NCBI GenBank assembly: GCA_950097015.1
Contig: CATNEN010000007.1
Span: 4,216,001 to 4,280,000 of the forward strand
DNA: 64,000 bases
Direction of reading: 5' to 3'
DNA from: Macrostomum hystrix
Taxonomy: Eukaryota; Animalia; Platyhelminthes
Shown one piece after another: positions 36,485-48,360 of the stretch. A program made the position numbers and the translations under genes. Each line of letters begins with the position of its first letter. Position 1 is the stretch's first letter. A model generated the notes under the pieces. The model worked only from the letters and a program-made list of their open reading frames with translations. It was not told where the DNA came from and searched no databases.

Positions 36485-37335
36485 CGAAGCTAGAATCGCA
36501 GCAAGAACCGTAGTTAGAATCGCAGCAAGAACCATAGTTAGAATCGCAGCAAGAACCGTAGTTAGAATCGCAGCAAGAATCATAGTTAGAATCGCAGCAA
36601 GAACCGTAGTTAGAATCGCAGCAAGAACCGTAGTTAGAATCGCAGCAAGAACCGTAGCCAGAAATGCAGCAAGAACCGTAGGTAGAATCGCAGCAAGAAC
36701 CGTAGCTAGAAATGCAGCAAGAACCGTAGCTAGAAATGCAGCAAGAACCGTAGCTAGAAATGCAGCAAGAACCGTAGCCAGAAATGCAGCAAGAACCGTA
36801 GTTAGAATCGCAGCAAGAACCGTAGCTAGAATCGCAGCAAGAACCGTAGCTAGAAATGCAGCAAGAACCGTAGGTAGAATCGCAGCAAAAACCGTAGCTA
36901 GAAATGCAGCAAGAACCGTAGCTAGAATCGCAGCAAGAACCATAGTTAGAATCGCAGCAAGAACCGTAGTTAGAATCGCAGCAAGAACCGTAGTTAGAAT
37001 CGCACCAAGAACCGTAGCTAGAAATGCAGCAAGAACCGTAGTTAGAATCGCAGCAAGAACCATAGTTAGAATCGCAGCAAGAACCAAAGTTAGAATCGCA
37101 GCAAGAACCGTAGCTAGAATCGCAGCAAGTACCGTAGCTAGAATCGCAGCAAGAACCATAGTTAGAATCGCAGCAAGAACCGTAGTTAGAATCGCAGCAA
37201 GAACCGTAGTTAGAATCGCAGCAAGAACCGTAGCTAGAAATGCAGCAAGAACCGTAGTTAGAATCGCAGCAGCAACCGTAGCTAAAATGGTGGCAGGGAA
37301 CCATAGCTATTGTCGCAGCAAGAACCGCAGCAAGG
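36485..37335. repeat. 24-bp minisatellite (agcaagaaccgtagttagaatcgc)
   Basis: About 35 copies. Confidence 0.96.
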
Positions 37336-37729
37336 ATTTTGACACCTGCTGACCTTGAATTGGGGACTAAGAGCTTGTGCTAACAGACAGTGGCCAGTGA
37401 ACCACCAGCAAGCACCTACAGGCAATGATCTGGGAGGCAGCACCTTCAATCGCCCCTCTCCCCGTTCCACTTCCCGCCTCTTAGGGAGAAAAATCTGAAC
37501 GAGAAAATCTTTGTAATTTATGACACGCCCAGGTGGGTTCTCGAGGGCTCACTCAACTCGAAAATAGCGCCTTCTGCCCCAGCTAGCGTCAGAAAATTGG
37601 GCAAGAAACGCGCAAGCGCGACTGTTAGGCGCAGATGCACTTGCGGGCGGACAACAATTCATGCCTCCGCGCAAACTAGCGGTCGATGTTTATCTGCCTT
37701 CAACTGCCTTCTGAAAACTAAAACAGCCT

Positions 37730-37965
37730 CGACTGTCACACCCAGTACCAGACTGTCACACCCAGTACCAGACTGTCACACCCAGTCCCAGTCTGTCACA
37801 CCCAGTACCAGACTGTCACACTCATTACCAGACTGTCACACCCAGTCCCAGTCTGTCACACCCAGTACCAGACTGTCACACCCAGTCCCAGTCTGTCACA
37901 CTCATTACCAGACTGTCACACCCAGTCCCAGACTGTCACACCCAGTCTCAGTCTGTCACACCCAG
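37730..37965. repeat. 20-bp minisatellite (cccagtaccagactgtcaca)
   Basis: About 12 copies. Confidence 0.92.
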
Positions 37966-38654
37966 TTCAGTTTTTGTTACTGCTAAAAACTCGCTAGAAA
38001 ATTAACAAAAAACAGAAGTAACAGAAAGAAGTTTGCTTGTAGTGAAAGATTTGATAATGCATAAAATAATGTCATGCTGAATCGCAGATTTTATATTATA
38101 GTGAAAGTTATAACCTGGTTGAAAGTCTAGTGAATTTGCATTGAAAGTCTAGTCAGTTATGTCACAAATATTGCTATTTGCACTTTTTAATGCAAGTTAT
38201 AACTAGTAGAGCAAAAAGTATTAAAGGCGATTGTCAGTAAAGGTAGCCTTCAACATTAAATAAAAAGAGTTAACAGATAAAAAAATTGTATAAAATTAGG
38301 AAAAAACTGACCTCAACTATTAGCACCAACAATGGGGAACAATTGAGATTTAGAAACAGCGGTAAAGCGGCTGCCTCGAAAAAAAATAGTGAACTTGATA
38401 TTACCGCAAAAAATTACTAATTTGCTGCCATTCATTGACTACTGACTACTGATAAGTAGCAACATAGGGTTTCTTTAAAAAAGTCACAATTGTGACTATT
38501 TACAAAGCGGATAATAATGGAATGACAGTTCTATAATGCATGAGACATGATAATGATGCGCAAATTAACTGGTAATGGTTAAGTAGGCCTATTAACAGAC
38601 GAAATCTAGATCTAGGCAAAACAATCAAAATAAATTACACCATCATTAAACGCA

Positions 38655-38955
38655 GACTGCCATGACCTTCATTGAACCCAGACTGCCTTGACCTTCATTG
38701 AACCCAGACTGCCTTGACCTTCATTGAACCCAGACTGCCTTGACCTTCATTGAACCCAGACTGCCTTGACCTTCATTGAACCCAGACTGCCTTGACCTTC
38801 ATTGAACCCAGACTGCCATGACCTTCATTGAACCCAGACTGCCTTGACCTTCATTGAACCCAGACTGCCATGACCTTCATTGAACCCAGACTGCCATGAC
38901 CTTCATTGAACCCAGACTGCATTGACCTTCATTGAACCCAGACTGCCTTGAACTT
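38655..38955. repeat. 26-bp minisatellite (aacccagactgccttgaccttcattg) just downstream of the PIDD1-like stop
   Basis: 11-12 copies. Confidence 0.94.
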
Positions 38956-38988
38956 CAAGAAGCCCATAATCATTCAACAACGATTAAG

Positions 38989-41900
38989 TCAACGAAGCTT
39001 TGCCTCGGAGACGCCGGCACCGCGATGTGCCGCACAAAGGCGCCGGGCGGCGGCGCGCAGTCCAGCACGGGCAAGCGCAGCGCAGACGACGTCGCAGGTG
39101 GGCACCTCGGCGGCCTCCAGCCACCGCAGCAGGCACTGGAAGGCGGCTTCGCGCGCGTCATCGCCCCAGCGGGCCTCGACCCTGGTCACCTCAGCGCTAG
39201 GCAACCGGAGGGAGCGGGCCAGCACGCGCCATCGGCTGGCAGCCAAATCAGCTGCTTCCCATAGCGCGAATTCATCCGGCTCAGCCGCGCACAGCGGCAG
39301 GGCCTCCTTGTCCTTGGCGGCTGTACCATCAGCCACTTCAACAAATTCCTCGCGCCGACGGCATTGCCGCTTCGTCGGAGCTGATCTCACTGTGGTTGCT
39401 GCCGTGGAGGATGTCGCAGCCGACGAAGTAGACGCCGAAGTTGTCGAGGATATCGTCACTGAAGTCGTTGACTCATCATCGCTGTTGCCGGCACCGTGCT
39501 GGCAATCGCAGTCAACATCTTCGTCGTCGGCCTCATTAGTGCCCCGGCCGAAGCAGCAGCAGCATCGTCGAACTAGACGGTGCCGACGCTTCCGCTGCTG
39601 CTGACGCCGGTTTTTGCGCCGCCGTTCGCAGCAGCAGTGCCGCTGCTGACGACAGAGCCGCTGCCGCTTCTGCTGCGGCGATCTGGCTCGCTTCCTGCTG
39701 GGAGGTGCCGGAGCTGTCGGCGGGCGAACCAGCGTCAAGTCGAACAGCGGCTCGACGGAGTCGCCTTCGACCAGGACTCGCCCGAAGACGCCACCGCCGC
39801 CATCAGTAGCCGGCTGGCGACGATAGCGGCACGCGAATGTCTTGTCAAACGCCTGGCCAGCGAAGTCCGACTCCGTCTTGGCTAGTCCGGCCGCCTCGCC
39901 GGCTCCGGTGTCCGCTTCGAACTGCTCGGATAGGAGGCGAATCCGCAGCCGGCCAGGCGGCACCGGCCGGTCCAGCAGGGCTGCGCCGACGCAGACTCGA
40001 CCGCCGTCAACCGCCGGAGCAGGCCGGTCAGCCCGGTGAAGCAGTACCTCCAGTGTGAAGCCGGCGCCGCAGCCCAGCGCAGGCAGAGCGTACACCGCGC
40101 AACGCATCCGGTAGGCGACGTCGCCGAATCCACCGGTGGCAGCCGGTCCGTAGACTGCGGCGGCGCCGAGTTTAGCGCGACGAATAGCGCCGGCCAGGCG
40201 GGTCCAGACGGCGCGAATCAGGCAGAAGCCGCTCAGACTGACACGAAGCTCCAGCATAGAAGAGGAAGCTGCTGATGAAGTCACAGAGAACGGGGCGTTC
40301 AATGGGCGCCATTGTGGCGGTGTGGAGCCTGTTTAGGGTAGTAGAGGCAGTGAGCGCATTATTAACCTGTAACGTAGCTCAACAGTGACATCGGCATTGT
40401 CGAGATATTTAACGAATCTCGCCGGAGTGTCTGGTGGCATTTGCATATTATAAAGGGCGAAACTCTGTTATTCGGTTTGGGAGCTATCGTGAAGTAGGCA
40501 GTGGGTGTTTGAAACTACCCCCTGTTCAATTCCGAGGTGGGGGAATGGCGCGGACTTCCTACCGTTAAAAAAACCCAAATAATAAATGCTTTTAGATACC
40601 CAGTCACTACTTTAAGTAGAGAATGAATATAAATCATCGCCTAAATCGTTAGTGATAGAGACGCTTTACTGCTTCTAATCAGGTTTGGCTACAGTCGACC
40701 AGTCAACCCCTCACAACCTACTCACCAGTAGTATCGCTGTGCCACAGACTCAAATCGCTCTCAGGTCGCAGTCCCAACTGTTCAGCCAGCTGTCTGGCTC
40801 CGGGCAGCGGCAGGCAGAGGGTCACCGGCCGGCAGAATCTGGCGCCGTGCGGCAGGCATTCAACTACTGTCGCGGCCAGGTGCCAGTCGTGATAGCCCGA
40901 CTCCCCATCAGCTAATTTTGTCTCTGTCGCTGCGTTATCAAATCGGCAGCGCAGGACGACGCGGAGTGGGGATGCGACGCTGCCGGGCGGGAAGATCAGG
41001 CGGGGCTGGCCGGCCACGGCAGGCAGCGCCACCTCGGCTGGCTGGTTGGGCAGCAGGTTGGCCGCGACTTCGGGCATTGAAGACCCGACCGCTAGTACAC
41101 AATAAGCAGCAGGAGCGAGGCCAGTGCTGAGCGAAGAGGGGATTGGGAATCGGGGTTTAGGGGTTCAGTTGGGATTTAATAAGGAAGATTAATTAACTAA
41201 GAATTCAATGGTGATTATGGGTTCCATGAGGATTACGGTTGGAAAGTTTCCATGAAAATTATGGTTGGGAAGATTCTATGGGGATTATGGTTGCGAAGAT
41301 TCCATGAGGATTATGGTTGGGAAGATTCAAAGGGGATTGTGGTTGGGAAGATTCCATGGGGATTATGCTTGGGAAGATTCCATGGGGATTATGGTTGGGA
41401 AGATTCCATGGGGATTATGCTTGGAAGATTCCATGGGGATTATTGTTGGGAAGATTCCATGGGGATTTTGGTTGGGAAGATTTCAAGGGGATTTTGGTTA
41501 GAAAGATTCTGCAAATGTTTGGATTGGCAGGATTCCAAGAATCAATTTGATATAGAAGATTCCCAGGGAATCAGAATCATCGGATTTCCTAAATAGGAAA
41601 CCTGAGCTGGTCAGCTTACCCAGGTGCTGAAGCCGAAACTGTCACTCGAAGACCCCCATCAGCCACTCGGACTTCAATGCCATCGAAGTCAAGCGGTCGC
41701 CAGTTGGTGATCGCCAAGTCGACGCCGACATCGCCTAGACAGACGACATAATCTCGACGTCGCGGCGCAGCTACGCCCAACGGCAGCTGAAGAGCCAGGG
41801 CTGGCGTCAGCAGGTGGGCGATTGGCGAAGCCAGCGTCAGGCCAGGCCTGCGGCGCAGACGCGGCGACAGCGAGTCCGGCAGGAGGCGCAGAATGTCCGA

Positions 41901-44900
41901 GCCGCCAACCGACATTGTAGGCGGCAACAGGGCGGCCAACTGGCCAACGACAATCAGACACTTCCCCGAGGGGCCCGAGTCGGCCTCGCGCTGAGCAGTC
42001 CAATCATCGACGCTGGCCGCCTCGGCTTTGGCGAGTAGTCCGACAGCTGGGCAGTCAGGCGACAGGAGGTCGCGGAGACGGGGAGGACGCCGAGGGGCTG
42101 TAGGTGCCGTAGCGGAGGCTGTAGATGCTGTAGCGGAGGCTTTAGATGCTGTAGCGGAAGCTGTAGATGCTGTTCCGGAGGCTGTAGATACTGTTCCAGC
42201 GGCTGTAGATACTGTTCCAGCGGCTGTAGATGCTGTAGCGGAGGCTTTAAATGCTGTAGCGGAGGCTTTAAATGCTGTAGCGGAGGCTTTAAGTGCTGTT
42301 CCGTAGGCTGCAGATGCTGTAGCGGAGGCTGAGCCAGACAATTGTTTCTCAGTATTTCTGGCTACAATAAGAGCACACTGAATCGACGGCTCCCGATGGA
42401 GCCCGATAGTAGATTGAGCGACAGAAGAAATGGAAGATGGCAGTGCAGAAGTGTTTGCACAAGCATTAGAAAATGGAAAACAAATGTTTTCTTTTCTAGG
42501 CAGAGCAACAGCGAAAGCAGTACCAGAGGTCTTAGGCAAGCAGGATGGCTGTCGGTCAGTGAGTGGCCGCCTCAAAGTAACGGACTCGCTGGAAGAAATC
42601 GGATTTCCTGCTAGAAGCAGCCGCGACAGGCAAGGCAAGACTTGCAGTTCGGTGGGAAATTTGCGCAGACGGTTGTGCGACAGGTCAAGCACGCGGAGGC
42701 TTTCCAGGCCGGCAAACCAGGCAGGGACGCGGGTCAGACGGTTATGTGACAGCAGCAGCTCCTGCGTGGTGCAGTGGAGTGGGGGCGGATGGTTTAGAAA
42801 TCAGTGGAGTAGGGGGCGGATGGATTAGAAAACAGTGGAGAAGGGGGCGAATGGATTAGAAATCAGTGGAGTAGGGGGCGAATGGATTAGAAATCAGTGG
42901 AGTAGGGGGCGGATGGATTAGAAAACAGTGGAGTTGGTGGCGGATGGATTAGAAATCAGTGGAGAAGGGGGCGGATGGATTATAAAACAGTGGAGTAGGG
43001 GGCGGATGGATTAGAAATCAGTGGAGTAGGGGGCGAATAGATTAGAAAACAGTGGAGTAGGGGGCGAATGGATTAGAAAACAGTGGAGTAGGGGGCGGAT
43101 GGATTAGAAAACAGTGGAGTAGGGGGCGGATGGATTAGAAAACAGTGAAGTAGGTGGCGGATGGATTAGAAAACAGTGGAGTAGGGGGCGAATGGATTAG
43201 AAAACAGTGGAGTAGGTGGCAAATGGATTAGAAATCAGTGGAGTAGGGGGCGGATGGATTAGAAATCAGTGGAGTAGGGGGCGGATGGATTAGAAATCAG
43301 TGGAGTAGGCGACGAATGGATTAGAAATCAGTGGAGTAGGGGGCGGATGGATTAGAAAACAGTGGAGTAGGTGGCGGATGGATTAGAAAACAGTGAAGTA
43401 GGTGGCGGATGGATTAGAAAACAGTGGAGTAGGGGGCGGATGGATTAGAAAACAGTGGAGTAGGGGGCGAATGGATTAGAAAACAGTGGAGTAGGGGGCG
43501 GATGGATTAGAAAACAGTGGAGTAGGGGGCGGATGGATTAGAAATCAGTGGAGTAGGGGGCGGATGGATTAGAAAACGGTGGATTAGGGGGCAGATGGGT
43601 TAGAAAACAGTGGAGTAGGGGGCGAATGGATTAGAAAACAGTGGAGTTGGTGGCAAATGGATTAGAAATCAGTGGATTAGGGGGCAGATGGATTAGAAAA
43701 CAGTGGAGTAGGGGGCAGATGGATTAGAAAACAGTGGAGTAGGGGGCGAATGGATTAGAAAACAGTGGAGTAGGGGGCGGATGGATTAGAAATCAGTGGA
43801 GTAGGGGGCGAATGGATTAGAAAACAGTGGATTAGGGGGCAGATGGATTAGAAAACAGTGGATTAGGGGGCAGATGGATTAGAAAACAGTGGAGTAGGGG
43901 GCAGATGGATTAGAAAACAGTGGAGTAGGGGGCAGATGGATTAGAAAACAGTGGAGTAAGTGGCGGATGGATTAGAAAACAGTGGAGTAAGTGGCGGATG
44001 GATTAGAAAACAGTGGAGTAAGGGGCAGATGGATTAGAAAACAGTGGAGTAGGGGGCGGATGGATTAGAAAACAGTGGAGTAAGGGGCAGATGGATTAGA
44101 AAACAGTGGAGTAAGTGGCGGATGGATTAGAAAACAGTGGAGTAAGTGGCGGATGGATTAGAAAACAGTGGAGTAAGGGGCAGATGGATTAGAAAACAGT
44201 GGAGTAGGGGGCGGATGGATTAGAAAACAGTGGAGTAGGGGGCGGATGGATTAGAAATCAGTGGAGTAGGGGGCGAATGGATTAGAAAACAGTGGATTAG
44301 GGGGCAGATGGATTAGAAAACAGTGGAGTAGGGGGCGGATGGATTAGAAAACAGTGGAGTAAGTGGCGGATGGATTAGAAAACAGTGGAGTAGGGGGCAG
44401 ATGGATTAGAAAACAGTGGAGTAGGGGGCGAATGGATTAGAAAACAGTGGAGTAAGTGGCGGATGGATTAGAAAACAGTGGAGTAAGTGGCGGATGGATT
44501 AGAAAACAGTGGAGTAAGGGGCAGATGGATTAGAAAACAGTGGAGTAGGGGGCGGATGGATTAGAAAACAGTGGAGTAGGGGGCAGATGGATTAGAAAAC
44601 AGTGGAGTAGGGGGCGGATGGATTAGAAAACAGTGGAGTAGGGGGCGAATGGATAAGAAAACAGTGGAGTAGGGGGCGGATGGATTAGAAAACAGTGGAG
44701 TAGGGGGCGGATGGATTAGAAAACAGTGGAGTAGGGGGCGGATGGATTAGAAATCAGTGGAGTAGGGGGCGGATGGATTAGAAAACAGTGGATTAGGGGG
44801 CAGATGGGTTAGAAAACAGTGGAGTAGGGGGCGAATGGATTAGAAAACAGTGGAGTTGGTGGCAAATGGATTAGAAATCAGTGGATTAGGGGGCAGATGG

Positions 44901-46495
44901 ATTAGAAAACAGTGGAGTAGGGGGCAGATGGATTAGAAAACAGTGGAGTAGGGGGCGAATGGATTAGAAAACAGTGGAGTAGGGGGCGGATGATTAGAAA
45001 ACAGTGGAGTAGGGGGCGGATGGATTAGAAATCAGTGGAGTAGGGGGCGGATGGATTAGAAAACAGTGGATTAGGGGGCAGATGGATTAGAAAACAGTGG
45101 AGTAAGTGGCGGATGGATTAGAAAACAGTGGAGTAGGGGGCGAATGGATTAGAAAACAGTGGAGTAAGTGGCGGATGGATTAGAAAACAGTGGAGTAAGT
45201 GGCGGATGGATTAGAAAACAGTGGAGTAAGGGGCAGATGGATTAGAAAACAGTGGAGTAGGGGGCGGATGGATTAGAAAACAGTGGAGTAGGGGGCGGAT
45301 GGATTAGAAATCAGTGGAGTAGGGGGCGAATGGATTAGAAAACAGTGGATTAGGGGGCAGATGGATTAGGAAACAGTGGAGTAGGGGGCGGATGGATTAG
45401 AAAACAGTGGAGTAAGTGGCGGATGGATTAGAAAACAGTGGAGTAGGGGGCAGATGGATTAGAAAACAGTGGAGTAGGGGGCGAATGGATTAGAAAACAG
45501 TGGAGTAAGTGGCGGATGGATTAGAAAACAGTGGAGTAGGGGGCGAATGGATTAGAAAACAGTGGAGTAAGGGGCAGATGGATTAGAAATAAGTGGAGTA
45601 GGGGGCAGATGGATTAGAAAACAGTGGAGTAGGGGGCAGATGGATTAGAAATCAGTGGAGTAGGGGGCAGATGGATTATAAAACAGTGGAGTAGGGGCGG
45701 ATGGATTAGAAAACAGTGGAGTAGGGGGAAGATGGATTAGAAAACAGTGGATTAGGGGGCAGATGGATTAGAAAACAGTGGAGTAGGGGGCGAATGGATT
45801 AGAAAACAGTGGAGTAAGGGGCAGATGGATTAGAAATCAGTGGAGTAGGGGGCAGATGGATTAGAAAACAGTGGAGTAGGGGGCAGATGGATTAGAAAAC
45901 AGTGGAGTAGGGGGCAGATGGATTAGAAAACAGTGGAGTAGGGGGCAGATGGATTAGAAAACAGTGGAGTAGGGGGCGGATGGATTAGAAAACAGTGGAG
46001 TAGGGGGCGAATGGATTAGAAAACAGTGGAGTAGGGGGCGGATGGATTAGAAAACAGTGGAGTAGGGGGCGGATGGATTAGAAATCAGTGGAGTAGGGGG
46101 CGGATGGATTAGAAAACAGTGGATTAGGGGGCAGATGGATTAAAAATCAGTGTAGTAGGGAGGCGGATGGAATGCGAGCCGAAAGAGCTGTACATGTGTT
46201 GGCTGGAATCGGTGAATAATTATTAAATAAATAAGTGTCGCGCAGTTCAAACCTCAAGCACCGGCAGTTTTCTGTTGCGGGCCTCTGCGGGCCAGCAATC
46301 TGGCAGTTCTGTCAGCCGATTGTGCGACAGGTCAAGTCGGGTCAGGCAGATCAGCCGCGGCAGCGGAGGCAGTCGAGTCAGACGCAGGCCTCGCATGCTC
46401 AAGCAGGTTGAGTCGGCTTGATTAACCGAGGCCCGGCTGCCCTTACGTCTGCTTTTAGTAGCAGAGGCAGTGCAGCCTATGGACACTGTTGTCAT
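38989..46495 (-). CDS. PIDD1: LRR - ZU5 - ZU5 - UPA-like - death domain protein (PIDD1-like), about 1041 aa (882 aa if 42047-42523 is an intron); exons 46495-46253, 42761-41620, 41126-40726, 40328-38989
   Basis: LRRs (LTRLDLSHNRL, LEELLLSHNRL across the exon 1/2 junction, LRVLDLSHNRL, LSRLLLAGN). ZU5 signature LIFPPGSV...VECLPHGARFCRPVTLCLP. C-terminal death domain WRVLARSLRL...REAAFQCLLRW. Splice phases 0, 2 and 1 are consistent. The architecture matches PIDD1; orthology was not tested. Confidence 0.72.
41205..41560. repeat. 26-bp minisatellite (gattatggttgggaagattccatggg) in PIDD1-like intron
   Basis: About 13 copies. Confidence 0.92.
42100..42335. repeat. 21-bp minisatellite (gctgtagatgctgtagcggag) inside the open frame of PIDD1-like exon 2
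   Basis: About 11 copies; translates as 7-aa Ala/Thr/Ser repeats. Confidence 0.9.
42772..46165. repeat. 31-bp minisatellite (ggattagaaaacagtggagtagggggcggat), about 109 copies, filling PIDD1-like intron 1
   Basis: Period 31 measured (43081 to 43112); occupies about 97% of intron 42762-46252. Confidence 0.97.
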
Positions 46496-48269
46496 GACTG
46501 CAGTGACCCGGATGAGACAATAATTTGATGAGGCACAAAAGTCTATTTGCTAAATGACTAATCCATCTAAGTCCATAAGAATTTAGAACACCTACAAAAC
46601 ACGGTGATTGGATGAAAATATTACATTTGCTGAATAACCGCAAAGTGAAGGAGATTCACAGCAATCAGGGTGAATAACATTTTGCATCAATTATTATGCC
46701 AAGCAATCTAGTCAATTCACAATTCACAGTGCTCCTGCAGACACTGGTCTAAATGAATAATTTGAATGCTTTTAGGCTACAGTCTTTAGGCTGTGGAAGA
46801 CTGTAGACATGCACACTTCCAATGCCTTATGCTAAATTTTAAGTTCATGGCTCGAAGAGCGTACATATTTTAAGTGGAAACATTCAATTCAATGTTAACA
46901 TAAATGGGATGTCAACTCTAGAATGGAGCCCGACGTTAATCCTCAAACCAAACCGACTGAAGTTTAATAGATGGTCAATCCAGTCAACTAGAAACACCTA
47001 GACATTGCTGAGACGAGACACCAAGCTTCAAACACCAGTGACCTCATTCCTCAAGGTCAGGAGTAGTATCGACTCTTGGAAAATCGATTGCCACAATAAT
47101 CACACCAAGGAAATCACTTCAGGGCTGGTCATTACATAGCAAGTGTCCAGAGCACTGTTTAAGCCTAGATGATGACCTGAGGCTCACAACCGACTGCAAT
47201 CCCTCTGTGAGGGAGCCAAAGAATCTTGTGCTCATTGCTCTCAAAAGTGATTATGACAAAAAATACTTTTTTTTTTGCTCGATCATTGTTACCTTTTTTA
47301 ATAACATAATAACTTTCCAATACAATAACACTAGTGAAATGTAAAACACAAATATACAGAATTTTTTAATACAAGTAAAGCAAAAGCAATGAGACTAGAA
47401 TAGTCTAGGCAAGCTAGAACAATAGTGAAAACAAAGCATTCTGAAATACTTAAGAAATAAGATTTTATTACTTTTTATTAAAACTGGTTGGAACATGATA
47501 TAATGACTGGGTGAGATGTATCAGCGACATTACCTTTGCAATGCTAAAACCCAATGCATATATATACCAGTTGTGTAACCTTGTCAGTTGATTTAGGATA
47601 CCTAGTTATAAACTATTTGTGTCTAGTAGGAGCATTGATAAATTTATTGTTTTTTGCTGCATGATCCAAACTATATCATATTAAATTAAATGTGGACACT
47701 TGTACAAGGCTTAATTAATTAATGTATCATATACCTAGCTGATAGCTACAAAGTTGTTTAATACTTTTTAAAACTAATGTGAACATGTAATGTATGATTA
47801 TTATTAAATTATTTTTTATAGCTCAATTTAAAGCTTTAGAAAGTTTTGTTTCCTTTTTAGTTTGTTTAGGCCTAATGTTATTACATGGAGGAGTCTATTA
47901 TTTTTTTAATTCAGGTTTTTGTAGTCATTGTGATGTAGGGTTACATTTTCTTAGAAAATGCTTTAAATTTTGTTTTAATATACCGAATTTGTTTTAATTC
48001 ACCAAATTTTGTTTTAATAATGAAGTGAAGAGGAGAGAAAACTAGTATAAATACACAAGCAAAAGAGGAAAGAAAGTAACCTCGTGCCTGACGAAGTTCG
48101 GAATAAAGAAAGCTTGAATTTTGAAGTGTTTGTGTTAAAGTTATTTAGAAAGAGACTGCGAAAGAGAAGTAAATAGACTGAAGAGAAAGCTGTAAATCTA
48201 GATCCACTGGTAAAGCCCAGAAGACGGACTGAAGATTGAATTGAAGGTTAACTGAATAATAATTAAAGT

Positions 48270-48360
48270 GTGATAAAGACTGATAAAGACAGATAAAGAC
48301 TGATAAATATGGATAAGGACTGATAAAAGCTGATAAAGATGGATAAACATTGATACAAAG
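48270..48360. repeat. 11-bp repeat (ctgataaagac)
   Basis: About 8 imperfect copies. Confidence 0.75.

Noticed and set aside
6848-46165. Consistent purine/pyrimidine strand orientation of intronic arrays relative to transcription
   Set aside because: Both orientations occur (pyrimidine-rich sense in ZAK intron 2 and PIDD1-like intron 1, purine-rich sense in ZAK intron 3 and PKD2 intron 6).
46850-47240. Possible decayed LINE reverse-transcriptase fragment (minus strand, DFLGVII-like)
   Set aside because: Only one short motif amid stops; cannot be supported without a translated search.
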